Positions 33,108-44,605 of a DNA stretch of 64,000 nucleotides are shown piece by piece. Within the stretch, counting starts at the first letter, position 1; the number at the start of each line of letters is the position of its first letter. The translations under genes were made by a program, and so were the position numbers. Source of the DNA: Cyanobacteria bacterium J06626_4 (GTDB lineage: Bacteria; Cyanobacteriota; Cyanobacteriia; Phormidesmidales; Phormidesmidaceae). The stretch spans positions 94,188 through 158,187 of the forward strand of contig JBCBJQ010000003.1 of the NCBI GenBank assembly GCA_038523235.1, read 5' to 3'. A model generated the notes under the pieces. That model worked only from the letters and a program-made list of their open reading frames with translations. It ran no database searches and was not told where the DNA came from.

Positions 33108-35048
33108 CTATTCCACACGTTCAGCCAGACTCATCCAGCGTTCGGTGGCGGTATCGATTTGATCCGTCAGCGTGGCCAGCTGTTGTGACAACTGCTGCAT
33201 CTCGTCGTAGTCGGTGGGGGCATCGCTGTAGAGTTGCTGCTCAAGCGCTGCCTTGGCCGTTTCTAATTGCGGAATCTGCGCTTCGAGCTGTTCGTATTCG
33301 CGCTTCTCTTTATAGGAAAGTTTTTGGGACTGACGATTAGCGACCGCCTGGGTCGCGCTGGGCGTTGCCGCTGTACTCGGTTTGGTACCCGAACGGGGTT
33401 TCTCAGGAGTTGACGGCTGGTTGACCTGATCTCGTTTTTGCGCCAAATACAGAGAATAGTTGCCGGGATAGCGGCGAATGTGACCGCCGTCTTCAAAGGC
33501 AAAAACCTGTTGCACCGTGCGGTCAAGAAAGTAGCGATCGTGGGAAACCACAATGACGCAGCCGTTGAACTCTTCTAGATACTCCTCCAGCACCGACAGG
33601 GTTTGCACGTCGAGATCGTTGGTGGGCTCGTCTAAGATCAGCACGTTGGGAGCCTGTAGCAGCACCTGTAGCAAAAAGAGACGCCGCCGCTCGCCCCCCG
33701 AAAGCTTGTGGATGGGCGCATATTGCTGATCGGGTGGAAACAAAAATCGCTCCAGCATTTGGGAGGCAGTAATCACACTGCCATCCGCGGTTTTGACCAG
33801 TTCTGCTGTTTCTTTGAGATATTCCAACACTCGCTGGTTGGGGTTTTTAATCACATCGTCGGAATGCTGATCGAAATAACCAAAGTGAATCGTGTCGCCA
33901 ATCTCGATGGTGCCCGCATCGGGCGACTCGCGTCCGGTGATCAGGTTCATCAGGGTCGATTTGCCGACACCGTTGGGGCCAATGATGCCAATGCGATCGC
34001 GGGGCTCAAAGGTATAGGTCAAGTCTTTAATTAGGGTGCGATCGCCGTAGCCCTTGGTGACTGATTCTAGCTCAATCACTTTTTTGCCAATGCGCCGACC
34101 GACTGTGGCGATATCGACCTTGCCCAGGGAGTCTTTAAACTCGCGGTTTTGCATCTCATCAATGCGTTGAATGCGTGCCTTTTGTTTGGTGCTGCGGGCT
34201 TTGGGGCCGCGCTTTAACCATTCCAGCTCACGCCGCAGCACGCCGCTATGCTTCTTTTGGGTGCTGATGCCAGCGGCTTCGGCAGCCGCCTTTTTTTCGA
34301 GGTAGTAACTGTAGTTGCCGCTGTAGCCCAACAGATCGCCACGATCGACCTCCAAAATGCGATTGGTCACCCGATCCAGAAAGTAGCGATCGTGGGTGAT
34401 CAGCAGCAGCGCCCCGCGAAACCCATTCAGGTAGCTTTGCAGCCACTCCACCGATTCGGCATCCAAGTGGTTGGTCGGCTCATCCATCAACAGCGCATCG
34501 GGCTCTGACAGCAGGGCTGACGCGATCGCTACCCGTTTGCGATAGCCCCCCGACAAATCACCGATACGGGCATCTAAATCTTCAATGCCGAGCTGCGTGA
34601 GCACCACCGTGGCGCTGGTTTCTAAGTCCCAGGCTCCCGCCGCGTCGATTTTCTCCGTCACGCGTGACAGCTGAGTCATCAAGGCATCCATGTCCGCTGG
34701 ATTATGTTCCATGCGGTGCGAGATATCTTCATACTGGCGAATCAGCGCCATTTGCTCGCCCGCGTCAGCAAAGACCTGCTCTAACACGGTGCGATCGCCT
34801 TCAATCTCGGGCTGTTGGGGCAGGTACACCACCTTGGCGCTGGCGTTGCGCCAAACATCGCCGCCGTCGATCGGCTCCAGACCGGCGATCATCTTTAGTA
34901 GAGTCGATTTGCCTGAGCCGTTGGTGCCAATCAGCCCAACTTTGTCACCTTCTTCCAAGCTAAAGCTGGCATCCCGCAAAATTTCTTTGATACCGAAGTC
35001 TTTTTGAATGGACTTGAGGGTTAAGAGCGTCATGGGGCGGTGTGTCAA
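33108..35048 (-). CDS. ABC-F family ATP-binding protein (Uup-like)
   Basis: Two ABC domains (GTNGSGKS/LSGG/DEPTNHLD and GPNGVGKS/LSGGE/DEPTNDLD), no TM segments, and a C-terminal coiled coil KLSYKEKRE. Confidence 0.93.
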   Translation of the reverse strand: MTHRPMTLLTLKSIQKDFGIKEILRDASFSLEEGDKVGLIGTNGSGKSTLLKMIAGLEPIDGGDVWRNASAKVVYLPQQPEIEGDRTVLEQVFADAGEQMALIRQYEDISHRMEHNPADMDALMTQLSRVTEKIDAAGAWDLETSATVVLTQLGIEDLDARIGDLSGGYRKRVAIASALLSEPDALLMDEPTNHLDAESVEWLQSYLNGFRGALLLITHDRYFLDRVTNRILEVDRGDLLGYSGNYSYYLEKKAAAEAAGISTQKKHSGVLRRELEWLKRGPKARSTKQKARIQRIDEMQNREFKDSLGKVDIATVGRRIGKKVIELESVTKGYGDRTLIKDLTYTFEPRDRIGIIGPNGVGKSTLMNLITGRESPDAGTIEIGDTIHFGYFDQHSDDVIKNPNQRVLEYLKETAELVKTADGSVITASQMLERFLFPPDQQYAPIHKLSGGERRRLFLLQVLLQAPNVLILDEPTNDLDVQTLSVLEEYLEEFNGCVIVVSHDRYFLDRTVQQVFAFEDGGHIRRYPGNYSLYLAQKRDQVNQPSTPEKPRSGTKPSTAATPSATQAVANRQSQKLSYKEKREYEQLEAQIPQLETAKAALEQQLYSDAPTDYDEMQQLSQQLATLTDQIDTATERWMSLAERVE

Positions 35049-35803
35049 TTTCGCAACGTACCAACGACTTAGTCTAACGTCGCGGCTGAACCAACCGCTG
35101 CCAACTCAGAGAATCCGCGCCAGCGAGCAAACAGCGGTTAGTCGCCAATCTTAAACAACCAGTCCCAGAACAATAGCTTTCTACGGGGCAGGCGGGTATC
35201 TACATATTTGCTGAATATTCAAATCAGGCGATCGCGGCCAGCAATCGGAGTTTGTCAACATGGCCGAGGCGAACACAAAACAGCAGTCTTGCCAACAAGT
35301 TGCGATATCTAGACCTAATCTTCGATTGCCTGATCTCGCTTCGCTGCTCTAAATTACGGCGGATCACCCCTCAAAATCATCTTTGCAAATGCAGCTTCAA
35401 AGCATGATTGTCAGCCACCGAGAATCCACTTGGATGCATGATTTCAAGGATAAACAGGCACATAAAGCAGATAAATCAATTTTAAACCGGCAAAAGCTAT
35501 TAGCCTAGCTGCAAAGATAAAAGCCTGATCCTCAAGATTTTCGACAGCCGATGTGCTCGCCTTATTCATCAAACTTCATGAAGAAATTCTCATGAAGATC
35601 AATCTCACCGTATTAAAACAACTGAATTTCACGAGTTTCGACAGGTTTCGCAAGTTATAGATTTTGTCAAAGGTTATGTTTTATTTTTCTTCGGAAGAGT
35701 AAACTCGGCTTTATGGAATCTTATTGTAGGGTGAGGATGATTAAAGAAAGTACGTTGTTCGTTCGTCTTTGCCCCCGCTGTCGTTTCATTTGATGTAATC
35801 GCT

Positions 35804-36019
35804 ATGAACCTTAAAAACAAAAGTTTCTACAACTTCGCGATCGCACCCGGCACCCGCGACCACAAAGGTTTTTTTGTTCAAGAGGGTACCTATGATCTAG
35901 TGCGGGTTGAGAATTCTGGCTGGGCATTTGTTTGCCTTGATAATCACACCTGCTACTACGTTGATCCAGAGAATTTGGCCGAGGTTTGCGATCTGGAAGA
36001 TCAGGTTTCGGCTTCGTAA
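35804..36019 (+). CDS. Small hypothetical protein (71 aa)
   Basis: ATG-initiated ORF with a protein-like composition, after a long AT-rich upstream region and followed by a hairpin at ~36082-36123. Confidence 0.6.
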   Translation: MNLKNKSFYNFAIAPGTRDHKGFFVQEGTYDLVRVENSGWAFVCLDNHTCYYVDPENLAEVCDLEDQVSAS

Positions 36020-36212
36020 ATGTTCTAAGGCCAAGTCTGCAGCCAAGTTTAAAATTCAACCCTTCAAAGCAATTTCAAGTTGACGACCTATTGCCAGTCA
36101 GTGACCTCAGGTGATAGGTCGTTTTGCAATCGGCTGCCATTTAGCAGTTGTGTCTTTGTTGTCATTCCCCATTTGAAAAATGTCTAAAATCTCCTCTTTT
36201 TACGCAGTTTAT

Positions 36213-36377
36213 ATGTCTTCCTTGGCGATCGAGGTGCATAACCAAAACCAGCTCGCTCTCGCGAGAGGCCGATGTATTTGCAAGCAGTCAAACTACACCA
36301 GCATCCTCCGGTTTGCTCGCAATCTGGCGCAGCATCATCAATTGCCGCTCTGCAACTACGCCCAAATTGAGGCGTAA
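36213..36377 (+). CDS. Possible small hypothetical protein (54 aa)
   Basis: MSSLAIEVHNQNQLALARG...; weak support, no clear RBS. Confidence 0.35.
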   Translation: MSSLAIEVHNQNQLALARGRCICKQSNYTSILRFARNLAQHHQLPLCNYAQIEA

Positions 36378-36639
36378 AACTACCTGCTGAGATCGCCCCA
36401 CTCTTCATTGGTCGTGGCCATAAAATGACGACCAGCGGTGAGAAATCTAGGCTCGCTTGGTTACTCTATTGCTGCCCATAATCCGATGGGCTGAGCCTGA
36501 GACTTTACTGATCAGGCTCACCGGATGCTGTTAAAAGCTGTTGACAGAGATAAAAAAACAGCGGCTCAAAAAGGTTTTCTAGATGAATTTAAGAGCCTAG
36601 ACTGGCACTGGCTGAAGCAATCTTTGGCTTTGAGTCGAG

Positions 36640-37638
36640 TTAGCGATCGCGCATTTTTTTCTGCATCTTCTTGATCAAGCTTTGCAACCGCAGGCGTGCT
36701 AATCGGCGACGTGATAGGCCAGGGATGTCTGAGGGATGTTGCTGGACGTGATCAAAAAAGTGATTGACTGAGATTAAGATTTCTCGCAGTCTTGAGACAA
36801 CTTTGGCTTCCCGATAAGCGTCAAAGAAGTCGGAGTTTACAGATGGCTGTGACGGCTGTTGTAGGGTCTTAAGAATGCGATCGATATCATAGGCGGCGGA
36901 ATAAACGCCCAAATTTTGGCAATTAAATCCGGGGTCCAGATAGTCAGCCAGGGCACCATTCACGCTGGAAAAAATCTGGCAGCCACAGGCCATCGCTTCC
37001 ATCGGCGGCAATCCAAAGCCTTCGGTAACTCGATATTGCGCCCAATATTCGGCAGTGTCGTAGAGATAAACTTTGCTGCGGTTAAACAGGCCCGCTAAGT
37101 CTTCAACAAAGTGGTCTAACAGCACGACATTGCACTGGGTCTGTAGCGCGGGCACCAGCTGTTGCAGCAGATATTCTGACGATTTGCGCACCTGCACTAA
37201 CACATCAATATCTCGGGTCAGCCCTTGATTCGTATATTCGGGAGAGATGAGATTGGGCAAATAAAAGGTCGGTGAACTGGGGCACCATTGCCCCCAATAG
37301 CCCATCGTGTTGCGGCTCACCGTCATGATGGGCACCGCACTTGGTAGCCGAAAGCCGTACCCGGCACTGTGGGCATGGTAGAGCACCGCTCGCCCGCGGA
37401 GCCGCTGCACGAGCTGCGGCACATGAAAGCCCCAGCTCACGACAAAAATATGATCGGGGCTAGCCGCTGACTGCAGCACATCATCGAGAAATAGCGTGTT
37501 GGGCTCTCGCTGCTGATAGGTCACCACCGTGGCCTCGGTCACTTGGCGGGCTAGTTCCAGAGTTTTAAGCTCAGCAAACAGGCCGCCACAGGCAAATTTA
37601 CGGTCTGTCCCCGGTAATAAGAAGTAGAGCGATCGCAC
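36640..37638 (-). CDS. Glycosyltransferase (GT4-like)
   Basis: CGGLFAE near the N-terminus; EGFGLPPMEAMACG motif. Confidence 0.85.
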   Translation of the reverse strand: MRSLYFLLPGTDRKFACGGLFAELKTLELARQVTEATVVTYQQREPNTLFLDDVLQSAASPDHIFVVSWGFHVPQLVQRLRGRAVLYHAHSAGYGFRLPSAVPIMTVSRNTMGYWGQWCPSSPTFYLPNLISPEYTNQGLTRDIDVLVQVRKSSEYLLQQLVPALQTQCNVVLLDHFVEDLAGLFNRSKVYLYDTAEYWAQYRVTEGFGLPPMEAMACGCQIFSSVNGALADYLDPGFNCQNLGVYSAAYDIDRILKTLQQPSQPSVNSDFFDAYREAKVVSRLREILISVNHFFDHVQQHPSDIPGLSRRRLARLRLQSLIKKMQKKMRDR

Positions 37639-37746
37639 AGAACTTCATCCTTAGTCACGCCATCCCAGAATATTAAGGCGAAACGGCGGCTGGGCGTTCA
37701 CCCGGTGAGGCCAATCAGCGGCTAACGGGTGGCCGCAGCAAAGGCC

Positions 37747-38652
37747 TCATCCGGCTTGCGCTGACGCAAACTCACCCGTGCCTCGGAGGGCATCTAAAAA
37801 GGCATAAACAGCCGGACTGAGCAAGGCATCTCTCAGCAAGGTGGCACCGATCGGCCGGGACAGCACAAAGGGCAAGCGACAGACTCTGACCCCCTCGGGG
37901 ACTGGCTTCGCCGCCAGCTCAGTCATTAAGGCAATTCCTAACCCTTGCTGCACCATCCCCGTCATCGAAGAATCGTGGCGGATGCGATAGGTCAGCTCCA
38001 GCTTGGGCTGTAACGTGGCGAGGCGATCGCGGAGCCGCACAGAACAGCTGTCGTGACTGGAGGAAATCAACGGATAGGTATACAAGTCTTCGATAGTGAG
38101 CTGAGCATCGCGCAGACCAAACTGTGGCGGTAGCAGCGCAATATATTCGTCATCTAAGACATGAATGTTTTCAAATTCGTCGCCTTCCAGCATTTCAGCG
38201 AAGCAGAGATCGACCTGCCCCTGTCTCAGGGCCTGTCTTAGCTGATAGAGTTCATCCATCTCCAAAATCGAGATCTGCACCGACCCGTGAATCTGGTGCA
38301 GCCGGGCGATCGTCTCTGGCAACAGATGGGTCGCAATACTACGAAATGTACCGATACGAACGGTGCCCCCTTTGAGACCGCGCTCGTTCTCAGCAGCGCT
38401 CATCATGTTCTCTAACAGCCCTTGAATCTTTTGAGCATCGTGCAGAATCCGCTCACCGACCGGCGTTAGCTGAGCCCCCCGATGCCCGCGATGAAACACC
38501 ATCACGCCCAATTCATCCTCTAGGGTGGCGATCGCATGGCTAACGGTCGATTGAGTCAAATCCATCTGCAGGGCCGCCTCACTAAAATTGCCGTATTCAG
38601 CCACCGCTAAGAGCGCTCTCAACTGAGACAATTTAAGCTTCCAAGGATTCAT
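37747..38652 (-). CDS. LysR family transcriptional regulator
   Basis: HTH GNFSEAALQMDLTQSTVSHAIATLEDELG...LTPVG followed by a substrate-binding domain. Confidence 0.95.
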   Translation of the reverse strand: MNPWKLKLSQLRALLAVAEYGNFSEAALQMDLTQSTVSHAIATLEDELGVMVFHRGHRGAQLTPVGERILHDAQKIQGLLENMMSAAENERGLKGGTVRIGTFRSIATHLLPETIARLHQIHGSVQISILEMDELYQLRQALRQGQVDLCFAEMLEGDEFENIHVLDDEYIALLPPQFGLRDAQLTIEDLYTYPLISSSHDSCSVRLRDRLATLQPKLELTYRIRHDSSMTGMVQQGLGIALMTELAAKPVPEGVRVCRLPFVLSRPIGATLLRDALLSPAVYAFLDALRGTGEFASAQAG

Positions 38653-38844
38653 GGTGAAAATGACCAGGGAGGAATAGCCAACAGGCTATCTTATTCATCC
38701 CGACAATACGTATCGATTTTATGCATACATGTCATGCACAGTGTGCGTGGGTGTTTTGAAAGGGGCTCGTTAGAGTAGTGTCAAAGGCGGATAAGTCATA
38801 GTCACTTCAGGTAGACGACCGCCATCACGACTCAGGAGAGTGTT

Positions 38845-39144
38845 ATGAACAGCTACACACAACCGTCCAATCTACTCGATCAGCGCCACACATCTTTTGC
38901 CTCGCTCATCCACCCAGCCAACTACACGACGGCCTACCATCCCAATAGCTTGGGCCACCTGTTCCACCACCTGGCCGAACAGACCGTGAACTGGCTCACT
39001 GCCGGTGCCATGCCCCGCATTTCGCGAACCACTAGAAATGGAGCTGAAGTTTGGCGCGTCTATGACCCTACGTCGAATCAGACCCTGTATTTTGCCCAAG
39101 AAAATGCCCTGAGAGTTTGGATGGAAGAGCGCTATAACCACTAA
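38845..39144 (+). CDS. Small conserved cyanobacterial hypothetical protein divergent from LysR
   Basis: AGGAG RBS; C-terminal WRVYDP...F..E..LRVWMEERY pattern; followed by a terminator. Confidence 0.8.
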   Translation: MNSYTQPSNLLDQRHTSFASLIHPANYTTAYHPNSLGHLFHHLAEQTVNWLTAGAMPRISRTTRNGAEVWRVYDPTSNQTLYFAQENALRVWMEERYNH

Positions 39145-39228
39145 GCGGGCTTTCTCCAAATGATTAATCGAATAGCGACTGTCAGTCGACCGAAGGTTAG
39201 TGCCCCCACTCGGCTGACCCCTCTAACC

Positions 39229-39270
39229 CCACAGCGGTAGGATACTCACATCCTGCCGCTGTGGTCTTTT
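39229..39270 (+). terminator. Rho-independent terminator
   Basis: CCACAGCGGTAGGAT/ATCCTGCCGCTGTGG stem followed by TCTTTT. Confidence 0.8.
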
Positions 39271-39358
39271 AAACCGGTTGAGCTGGCCCGCACGATTCTA
39301 GTTTTCGGTGTTTGCTACCCGCCGGCGTGAGCAATCGTCAACTTGCTATCCATCGGGT

Positions 39359-39784
39359 TTATGAGTCCTCTTCAAAGTTGCTCGGTTCTGCCAGTTGTTG
39401 TTGGATGCGAGCGATCGCCCGCTCCAAAACCTCTGAATCAGCCACCCAGCGATATTTTGTCAGGTCAAGTTTGCCCTTGGCGTCAAATTCGATGCCTTCA
39501 TCCGCTAACAGTGACTGCTGCAAATAGTCATTGCCGTTGCGGTGTACCGAGTGCGAGACCTCGCCCTTGGCATTGACGACCCGATGCCAGGGAATATCAT
39601 CGCCGTCCGTAACACGATAGAGCGCATAACCAACGACGCGAGGTTTACCAATCAGGCCAGCGAGTTCTGCCACCTGCCCATAGGTAGCGACCTGACCATA
39701 GGGAATGTGTCGCACAACGGCGTAAATCAAGTCATAGGTATTGGCCACAGCAGTTCCTGACTCCTTCTGAGGACACCCGTTCAA
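39359..39784 (-). CDS. Alkyltransferase-like (ATL, YbaZ/Atl1-type) MGMT family protein
   Basis: IPYGQVATYGQVA...PRVVG...PWHRVVN, with Trp in place of the catalytic Cys of PCHR. Confidence 0.88.
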   Translation of the reverse strand: MNGCPQKESGTAVANTYDLIYAVVRHIPYGQVATYGQVAELAGLIGKPRVVGYALYRVTDGDDIPWHRVVNAKGEVSHSVHRNGNDYLQQSLLADEGIEFDAKGKLDLTKYRWVADSEVLERAIARIQQQLAEPSNFEEDS

Positions 39785-39873
39785 CCCTATCTACGCTGGC
39801 TTCAGAACCCAAATTAGGGGCTGAAACTGCTATAGCACAGACGTTTAGCTCGCTAACTGATGGCAGCCGCTGG

Positions 39874-42321
39874 TCAACTGCGCAAAGCCACTTGAAACTG
39901 CTTTTCGAGTGCGGCCCTGACTTTTTGATGTACGGGCTCGACGTCTTCGTCAGTTAGGGTGCGATCAAGGGCGCGATAAACCAGGCGAAAGGCGAGACTC
40001 CGCTGGCCTGCAGGGACTGATTCGCCCTGATATTCGTCAAACAGAGTTACCGTATTGAGCAATTTGCCGCCGGCTTTGGTCATGGCTTTGGCTAAGTCAG
40101 CCACGGCAACGGTCACAGGCGCATAAAACGCAATATCGCGATCGCTGGCCGGGAAGGTCGAATAGGGACTGAATTTCACCGCTTTACGCTGCCCCGTCGC
40201 CAAGCAGGTCATCAGTACCGACCAGTTCAACTGAAACACATAGACCTCATCGGGCAAGTCTTGCGCTTGCCGCAGTTGAGGGTGCAGTTGGCCAAAGGTG
40301 CCCAGGCGCAAGCGACCGCGTACCCACAGAGACGCCGTGCGACCCGGATGCAGGCGCTCATCTTCGCTATCTGAGCGATAATCGACGCTTAAGCCGAGCC
40401 GTTGAAACACGGATTCCAGCACGCCCTTGGCAGCAAACCACGACAGCGGTTCAGGGCGATTGCTACTCACCCACTTGCCCTGCCGCACATCACCGCCGAG
40501 AATGCCCCCAACCACTTCAACTTCCTGGGGCTGTTCGCCGTCAAGCCAAAAGATACGGCCGATTTCAAACCCGTTGAGGGGGCCGTTGCCCTGCTCTAGA
40601 TTGAATTTAAAGGCTTCAACTAAGCCATCAATCAGATTGGTGCGCAGGGCCGAGTATTCCGTAAAGAGCGGATTGGCCAGTACCACTTGCTGGTCTGACT
40701 CGGTTTTAGTCAGCGAGTAGTGAATCAGCTCCGTCAGTCCAGCACCGCGCAGGGTCTGCCGCAGCTTTTGCGACAGGGCGGCAGCCGGTGACAACACGCC
40801 CCCCACGGCAGCCTGGGGCAGGGTATTGGCAAAGTGGTCGTAACCATAAATGCGGGCGACCTCTTCGATCAGGTCGATTTCTCGTTCTAAATCGCGATAG
40901 CGGAACGCGGGCACAGTGACGTTCCAAACACCGGATTCCTTACTGGGTTCGACCGTACAGCCCAGCGTTTCGAGCACGGCCTGAACTTGGTCAGCTGGAA
41001 TCGGGGCGGGTGCCGGCGTATCTAGATTCACCACGGGGCCTAAGACCGCATGCACTCTCGTTAGCCGGAGGGGCAGCGTGCGCGTGGGGGTAATCTCGCC
41101 GACGGGGGTGCGCCCCGTCACTTGGGACACGACTTGCGCCTGCGCTAACGTTTGCATCAGGTGGATGGCGCGATCGCAAGCCAGACTAAGTTCGGCAGGG
41201 TTGACGCCACGTTCGTAACGGGCCGAGGCTTCCGTGCGTAGCCCCTGACTGCGGGCCGATTTACGAATGGCGGCAGAGTCAAAATAGGCGGCTTCTAGCA
41301 TGACGGCCACAGTGCCCTCAAAAACTTCCGTCGTTTCGCCCCCCATGACGCCGGCCAGCGCCACTGGTTGGTCATTAGCCGTGATCACCAAGGACTCTGC
41401 CTTCAGCGATCGCTCCTGACTATCTAGCGTGGTTAGGGTTTCGCCGGGCTGACCGTAGCGCACGCCAAGGGCATAGTCATCACGGCCCGTGGCCGCTGCC
41501 AACCGACCGTGATCAAAAGCATGCAGCGGTTGTCCCCATTCCAACAGTACGTAGTTAGTCACATCCACAATGTTGTTGATGGGGCGAGTCCCGGCCGCCT
41601 GCAAACGCTGCTGTAGCCAGGTGGGCGACGGCCCAATCTGCACCTGATCTAAGACCGTCGCGATATAAATCGGGCAGGCCTTCTCATCACTGAGGGCGAC
41701 TGTCACCGTCGATGGGGTTTGCTGCGGTTGCGGGCCTGGGGCCGTGGGTAGTTTGAGCTGAGCCCCGGTAATGGCCGCCACTTCGCGGGCGATACCCACC
41801 AGGCTGAGCGCATCAGCCCGATTCGCCGTTGACGTCACGTCAAGCACCACATCATCCAGGCCCAGCAGCGGGCGCGCATCGGCCCCCACCGTCAGCTCGG
41901 TCGAATCAAATATGTGGATACCCTCCGAGTCTTTGGTGAGTCCCAACTCTGCCAGCGAACAGATCATGCCTGCCGACAGCACACCTCTGACTTCTCTGGG
42001 CTTGATTTTTAAGTTCGGCATGGGCAAATAGGTGCCGACCTGAGCCACCGGAACGTAGCTATCGGCCCGCACGTTAGCCGCGCCACAGACAATGCTGGAG
42101 GGCGCCGCGGCGCCAATATCAACCGTGCAGAGGCTGAGCTTGTCGGAATTGGGGTGGGGTTGGCGGTCAGTCACATAGCCGACCACGACACCATCTGCCC
42201 AGGTCGCTCGATCTTCAATATCTTCGACTTCGAACCCTGCCATCGTCAGGGCATCGGCCAGCGCTGCTGGCGAGAGGGTGATCGAAACCAGGTCTTGTAG
42301 CCAATTCAGAGAAATCCGCAT
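39874..42321 (-). CDS. pheT: Phenylalanine--tRNA ligase beta subunit
   Basis: [50 protein letters not shown] and FDX-ACB tail. Confidence 0.97.
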   Translation of the reverse strand: MRISLNWLQDLVSITLSPAALADALTMAGFEVEDIEDRATWADGVVVGYVTDRQPHPNSDKLSLCTVDIGAAAPSSIVCGAANVRADSYVPVAQVGTYLPMPNLKIKPREVRGVLSAGMICSLAELGLTKDSEGIHIFDSTELTVGADARPLLGLDDVVLDVTSTANRADALSLVGIAREVAAITGAQLKLPTAPGPQPQQTPSTVTVALSDEKACPIYIATVLDQVQIGPSPTWLQQRLQAAGTRPINNIVDVTNYVLLEWGQPLHAFDHGRLAAATGRDDYALGVRYGQPGETLTTLDSQERSLKAESLVITANDQPVALAGVMGGETTEVFEGTVAVMLEAAYFDSAAIRKSARSQGLRTEASARYERGVNPAELSLACDRAIHLMQTLAQAQVVSQVTGRTPVGEITPTRTLPLRLTRVHAVLGPVVNLDTPAPAPIPADQVQAVLETLGCTVEPSKESGVWNVTVPAFRYRDLEREIDLIEEVARIYGYDHFANTLPQAAVGGVLSPAAALSQKLRQTLRGAGLTELIHYSLTKTESDQQVVLANPLFTEYSALRTNLIDGLVEAFKFNLEQGNGPLNGFEIGRIFWLDGEQPQEVEVVGGILGGDVRQGKWVSSNRPEPLSWFAAKGVLESVFQRLGLSVDYRSDSEDERLHPGRTASLWVRGRLRLGTFGQLHPQLRQAQDLPDEVYVFQLNWSVLMTCLATGQRKAVKFSPYSTFPASDRDIAFYAPVTVAVADLAKAMTKAGGKLLNTVTLFDEYQGESVPAGQRSLAFRLVYRALDRTLTDEDVEPVHQKVRAALEKQFQVALRS

Positions 42322-42943
42322 CGCTTCTTTTACGTATCGTTCAACAGCCAGACAACCGCAGTCAGGGGTGCGATTGCGCCCTTCGTTAGTCTACTGCAGC
42401 GATCGGTGCAAGCTGAGCACACCGTCAAAAGAATCCGACGACTAGCTCTCAGTGACTCCCTTCATTGGGCCGCTGTGCTGGCACAGACGGACCAACTAGC
42501 CAGCCGTTATGATGAAGATGAAACCGGGTGCCATATCTCACTGGGGAGCGGTCAATTGAGTGCCACTGCTCCACGCTCAGCCTGATTGCCGCTAATGTGA
42601 AGTCATTCTCAGCGTGTTGTCGTTGAATTCACTAGTATTGATTGTTCTTTTCGTCTCAGTAATTACTCCATTTTTTCTACGTAAAGGCAACTTTCAATCA
42701 ATCCATCGGTGAACTTCACCAGAAAGTCAAATAAGGCATCAAACCCCTATGGGAAGCTGGGAATAATTAAGGTAGTGTGACACTAATCACATTAGCTTTC
42801 ATGATGAAGCAGCTTATAGAACGGATAAGCGGTTATGTAAGCTGCACGGAGTTACCGGTGAATGATCTCCTAAAGCTAGGGCTGCTCCCTACACCGATGG
42901 CTTCTAGTTGTGTCGCGCAGGCAAAAATCGCACCTCGGGCCGC

Positions 42944-44569
42944 ATGAGTTACTGCACTAATTTGGATTGCCCAAAACCGAAGAACCCGCCCCGCGTCACC
43001 CACTGCCAAGCCTGCGGGTCTTCTTTACGGCTGCGCGATCGCTATCGAGCCTTGCGAGCACTGGGCCGAGGCGGCTTTGGCGCCACCTTTTTAGCGCGCG
43101 ATGAATCGTTGCCGGGTCATCCTTTGTGTGTCATCAAGCAGTTGCGGCCTTCGGCAGACGCGCAACATATTCTCGATATGGCTCGCGATCTATTTCAGCG
43201 AGAAGCCAAGATCTTGGGAAAAATTGGTAATCATCCCCAGCTGCCTCGGCTGCTTGATTATTTTGAAACTAACCAAGAGTTTTTTCTCGTACAAGAGTTT
43301 ATTAACGGCAAAACGCTGCAGCAAGAGGTCAGACAGGGCGGCCCGTTTAGTGAAGCCGGGGTCCGGCAGTTTCTGAGTGAAGCCCTGCCGCTGATTCAAT
43401 ACGTCCACGACAGCGAGATCATTCACCGTGACATCAAGCCTGCTAACTTGATTCGTCGAGATGAAGATAAAAAACTGGTCTTAATCGACTTTGGTGCGGT
43501 TAAGGATAAAGTAGCCCCGGTGCAAGAATCCTCCGACCAAACGGCGCTGACGGCCTATGCAATCGGCACGCCGGGGTATGCGCCACCGGAGCAGATGGCC
43601 ATGCGACCGGTGTATGCCAGCGACCTCTATGCGATGGGGGTTACCTGCATCTACTTATTGACTGGTAAGTCGCCCAAAGATTTAGACTACGACCCCACCA
43701 CGGGGGAAATGATGTGGCGCAACCTCGTGCACGTGAGCGACCATTTTGCGGGGGTGCTGCAGAAAATGCTTGAAATTTCTGTGCGGCATCGTTATCAGAC
43801 GGTAGAGTCCGTTTTGCGCGACTTAGATTTAGAGCCCTACATGGACAGTCTCGCGCAGAATATGGCTTTCCCCAATGCCAATAACAGTTCCGGTAACGGG
43901 GCGGGCGCTAACGGCAATTCTGCCTATCGCAATCTCCGAGAAGATCACCCGTCAACGCGCAAAGATTCGCCCTCCTCGCGCATGGCAGCGGCTATTCGGG
44001 CGCGACGCGAGCGAGCAAATTCGCGGTCTGGGGGCAGCGGGGGCAAAGCTAAAGGGCCGAATCAGTTCAATATGACGAGTATGGCGCGGTCCAAGGGCGA
44101 TCGCCTGAGCTCGGGCACCCGTTCTGGCAGCGATGGCAAGCTCAACAGCAATGGCGTTAAATCGGCCTACAGCAAGGGTCGGCGCGACTTTTCGCAATTG
44201 GTGCTGAATGCGATCGATTTACAAAAGCTGTCTCTCTCCGGCAGCAACTTTGCTGAGACGAAATTAAAAAAGGCTAACTTTCAGCACTCAGACTTAAGCG
44301 GTGCCAACTTTGGCCGCACAGACCTCACTCAAGCTTCTTTGCGGGGCACGAATTTGGGCCGCACCTATTTGAGCAACGCCAACCTCAACGGCGCGGATTT
44401 GCGGGGGGCCAATCTTAATTACGCCACCCTCTCCAATGCGAATCTGAAAGATGCTAATCTCTGTGGCGCTGATCTAACCGGAGCGCGGGTCACCCCTGAG
44501 CAATTGACCCTGGCTCGCACCAATTGGGCCACCGTTTATCCCAATGGCAAACGCGGCCTCATGCGCTAG
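42944..44569 (+). CDS. Ser/Thr protein kinase with N-terminal Cys motif and C-terminal pentapeptide repeats (SpkB-like)
   Basis: MSYCTNLDC...CQACG, LGRGGFG, HRDIKPAN, DFG and GTPGYAPPE motifs; A(N/D)LxG pentapeptide repeats. Confidence 0.93.
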   Translation: MSYCTNLDCPKPKNPPRVTHCQACGSSLRLRDRYRALRALGRGGFGATFLARDESLPGHPLCVIKQLRPSADAQHILDMARDLFQREAKILGKIGNHPQLPRLLDYFETNQEFFLVQEFINGKTLQQEVRQGGPFSEAGVRQFLSEALPLIQYVHDSEIIHRDIKPANLIRRDEDKKLVLIDFGAVKDKVAPVQESSDQTALTAYAIGTPGYAPPEQMAMRPVYASDLYAMGVTCIYLLTGKSPKDLDYDPTTGEMMWRNLVHVSDHFAGVLQKMLEISVRHRYQTVESVLRDLDLEPYMDSLAQNMAFPNANNSSGNGAGANGNSAYRNLREDHPSTRKDSPSSRMAAAIRARRERANSRSGGSGGKAKGPNQFNMTSMARSKGDRLSSGTRSGSDGKLNSNGVKSAYSKGRRDFSQLVLNAIDLQKLSLSGSNFAETKLKKANFQHSDLSGANFGRTDLTQASLRGTNLGRTYLSNANLNGADLRGANLNYATLSNANLKDANLCGADLTGARVTPEQLTLARTNWATVYPNGKRGLMR

Positions 44570-44605
44570 CGAGTCAACGCTGCCCCCCGATGTCGTGAAC
44601 TCGGA

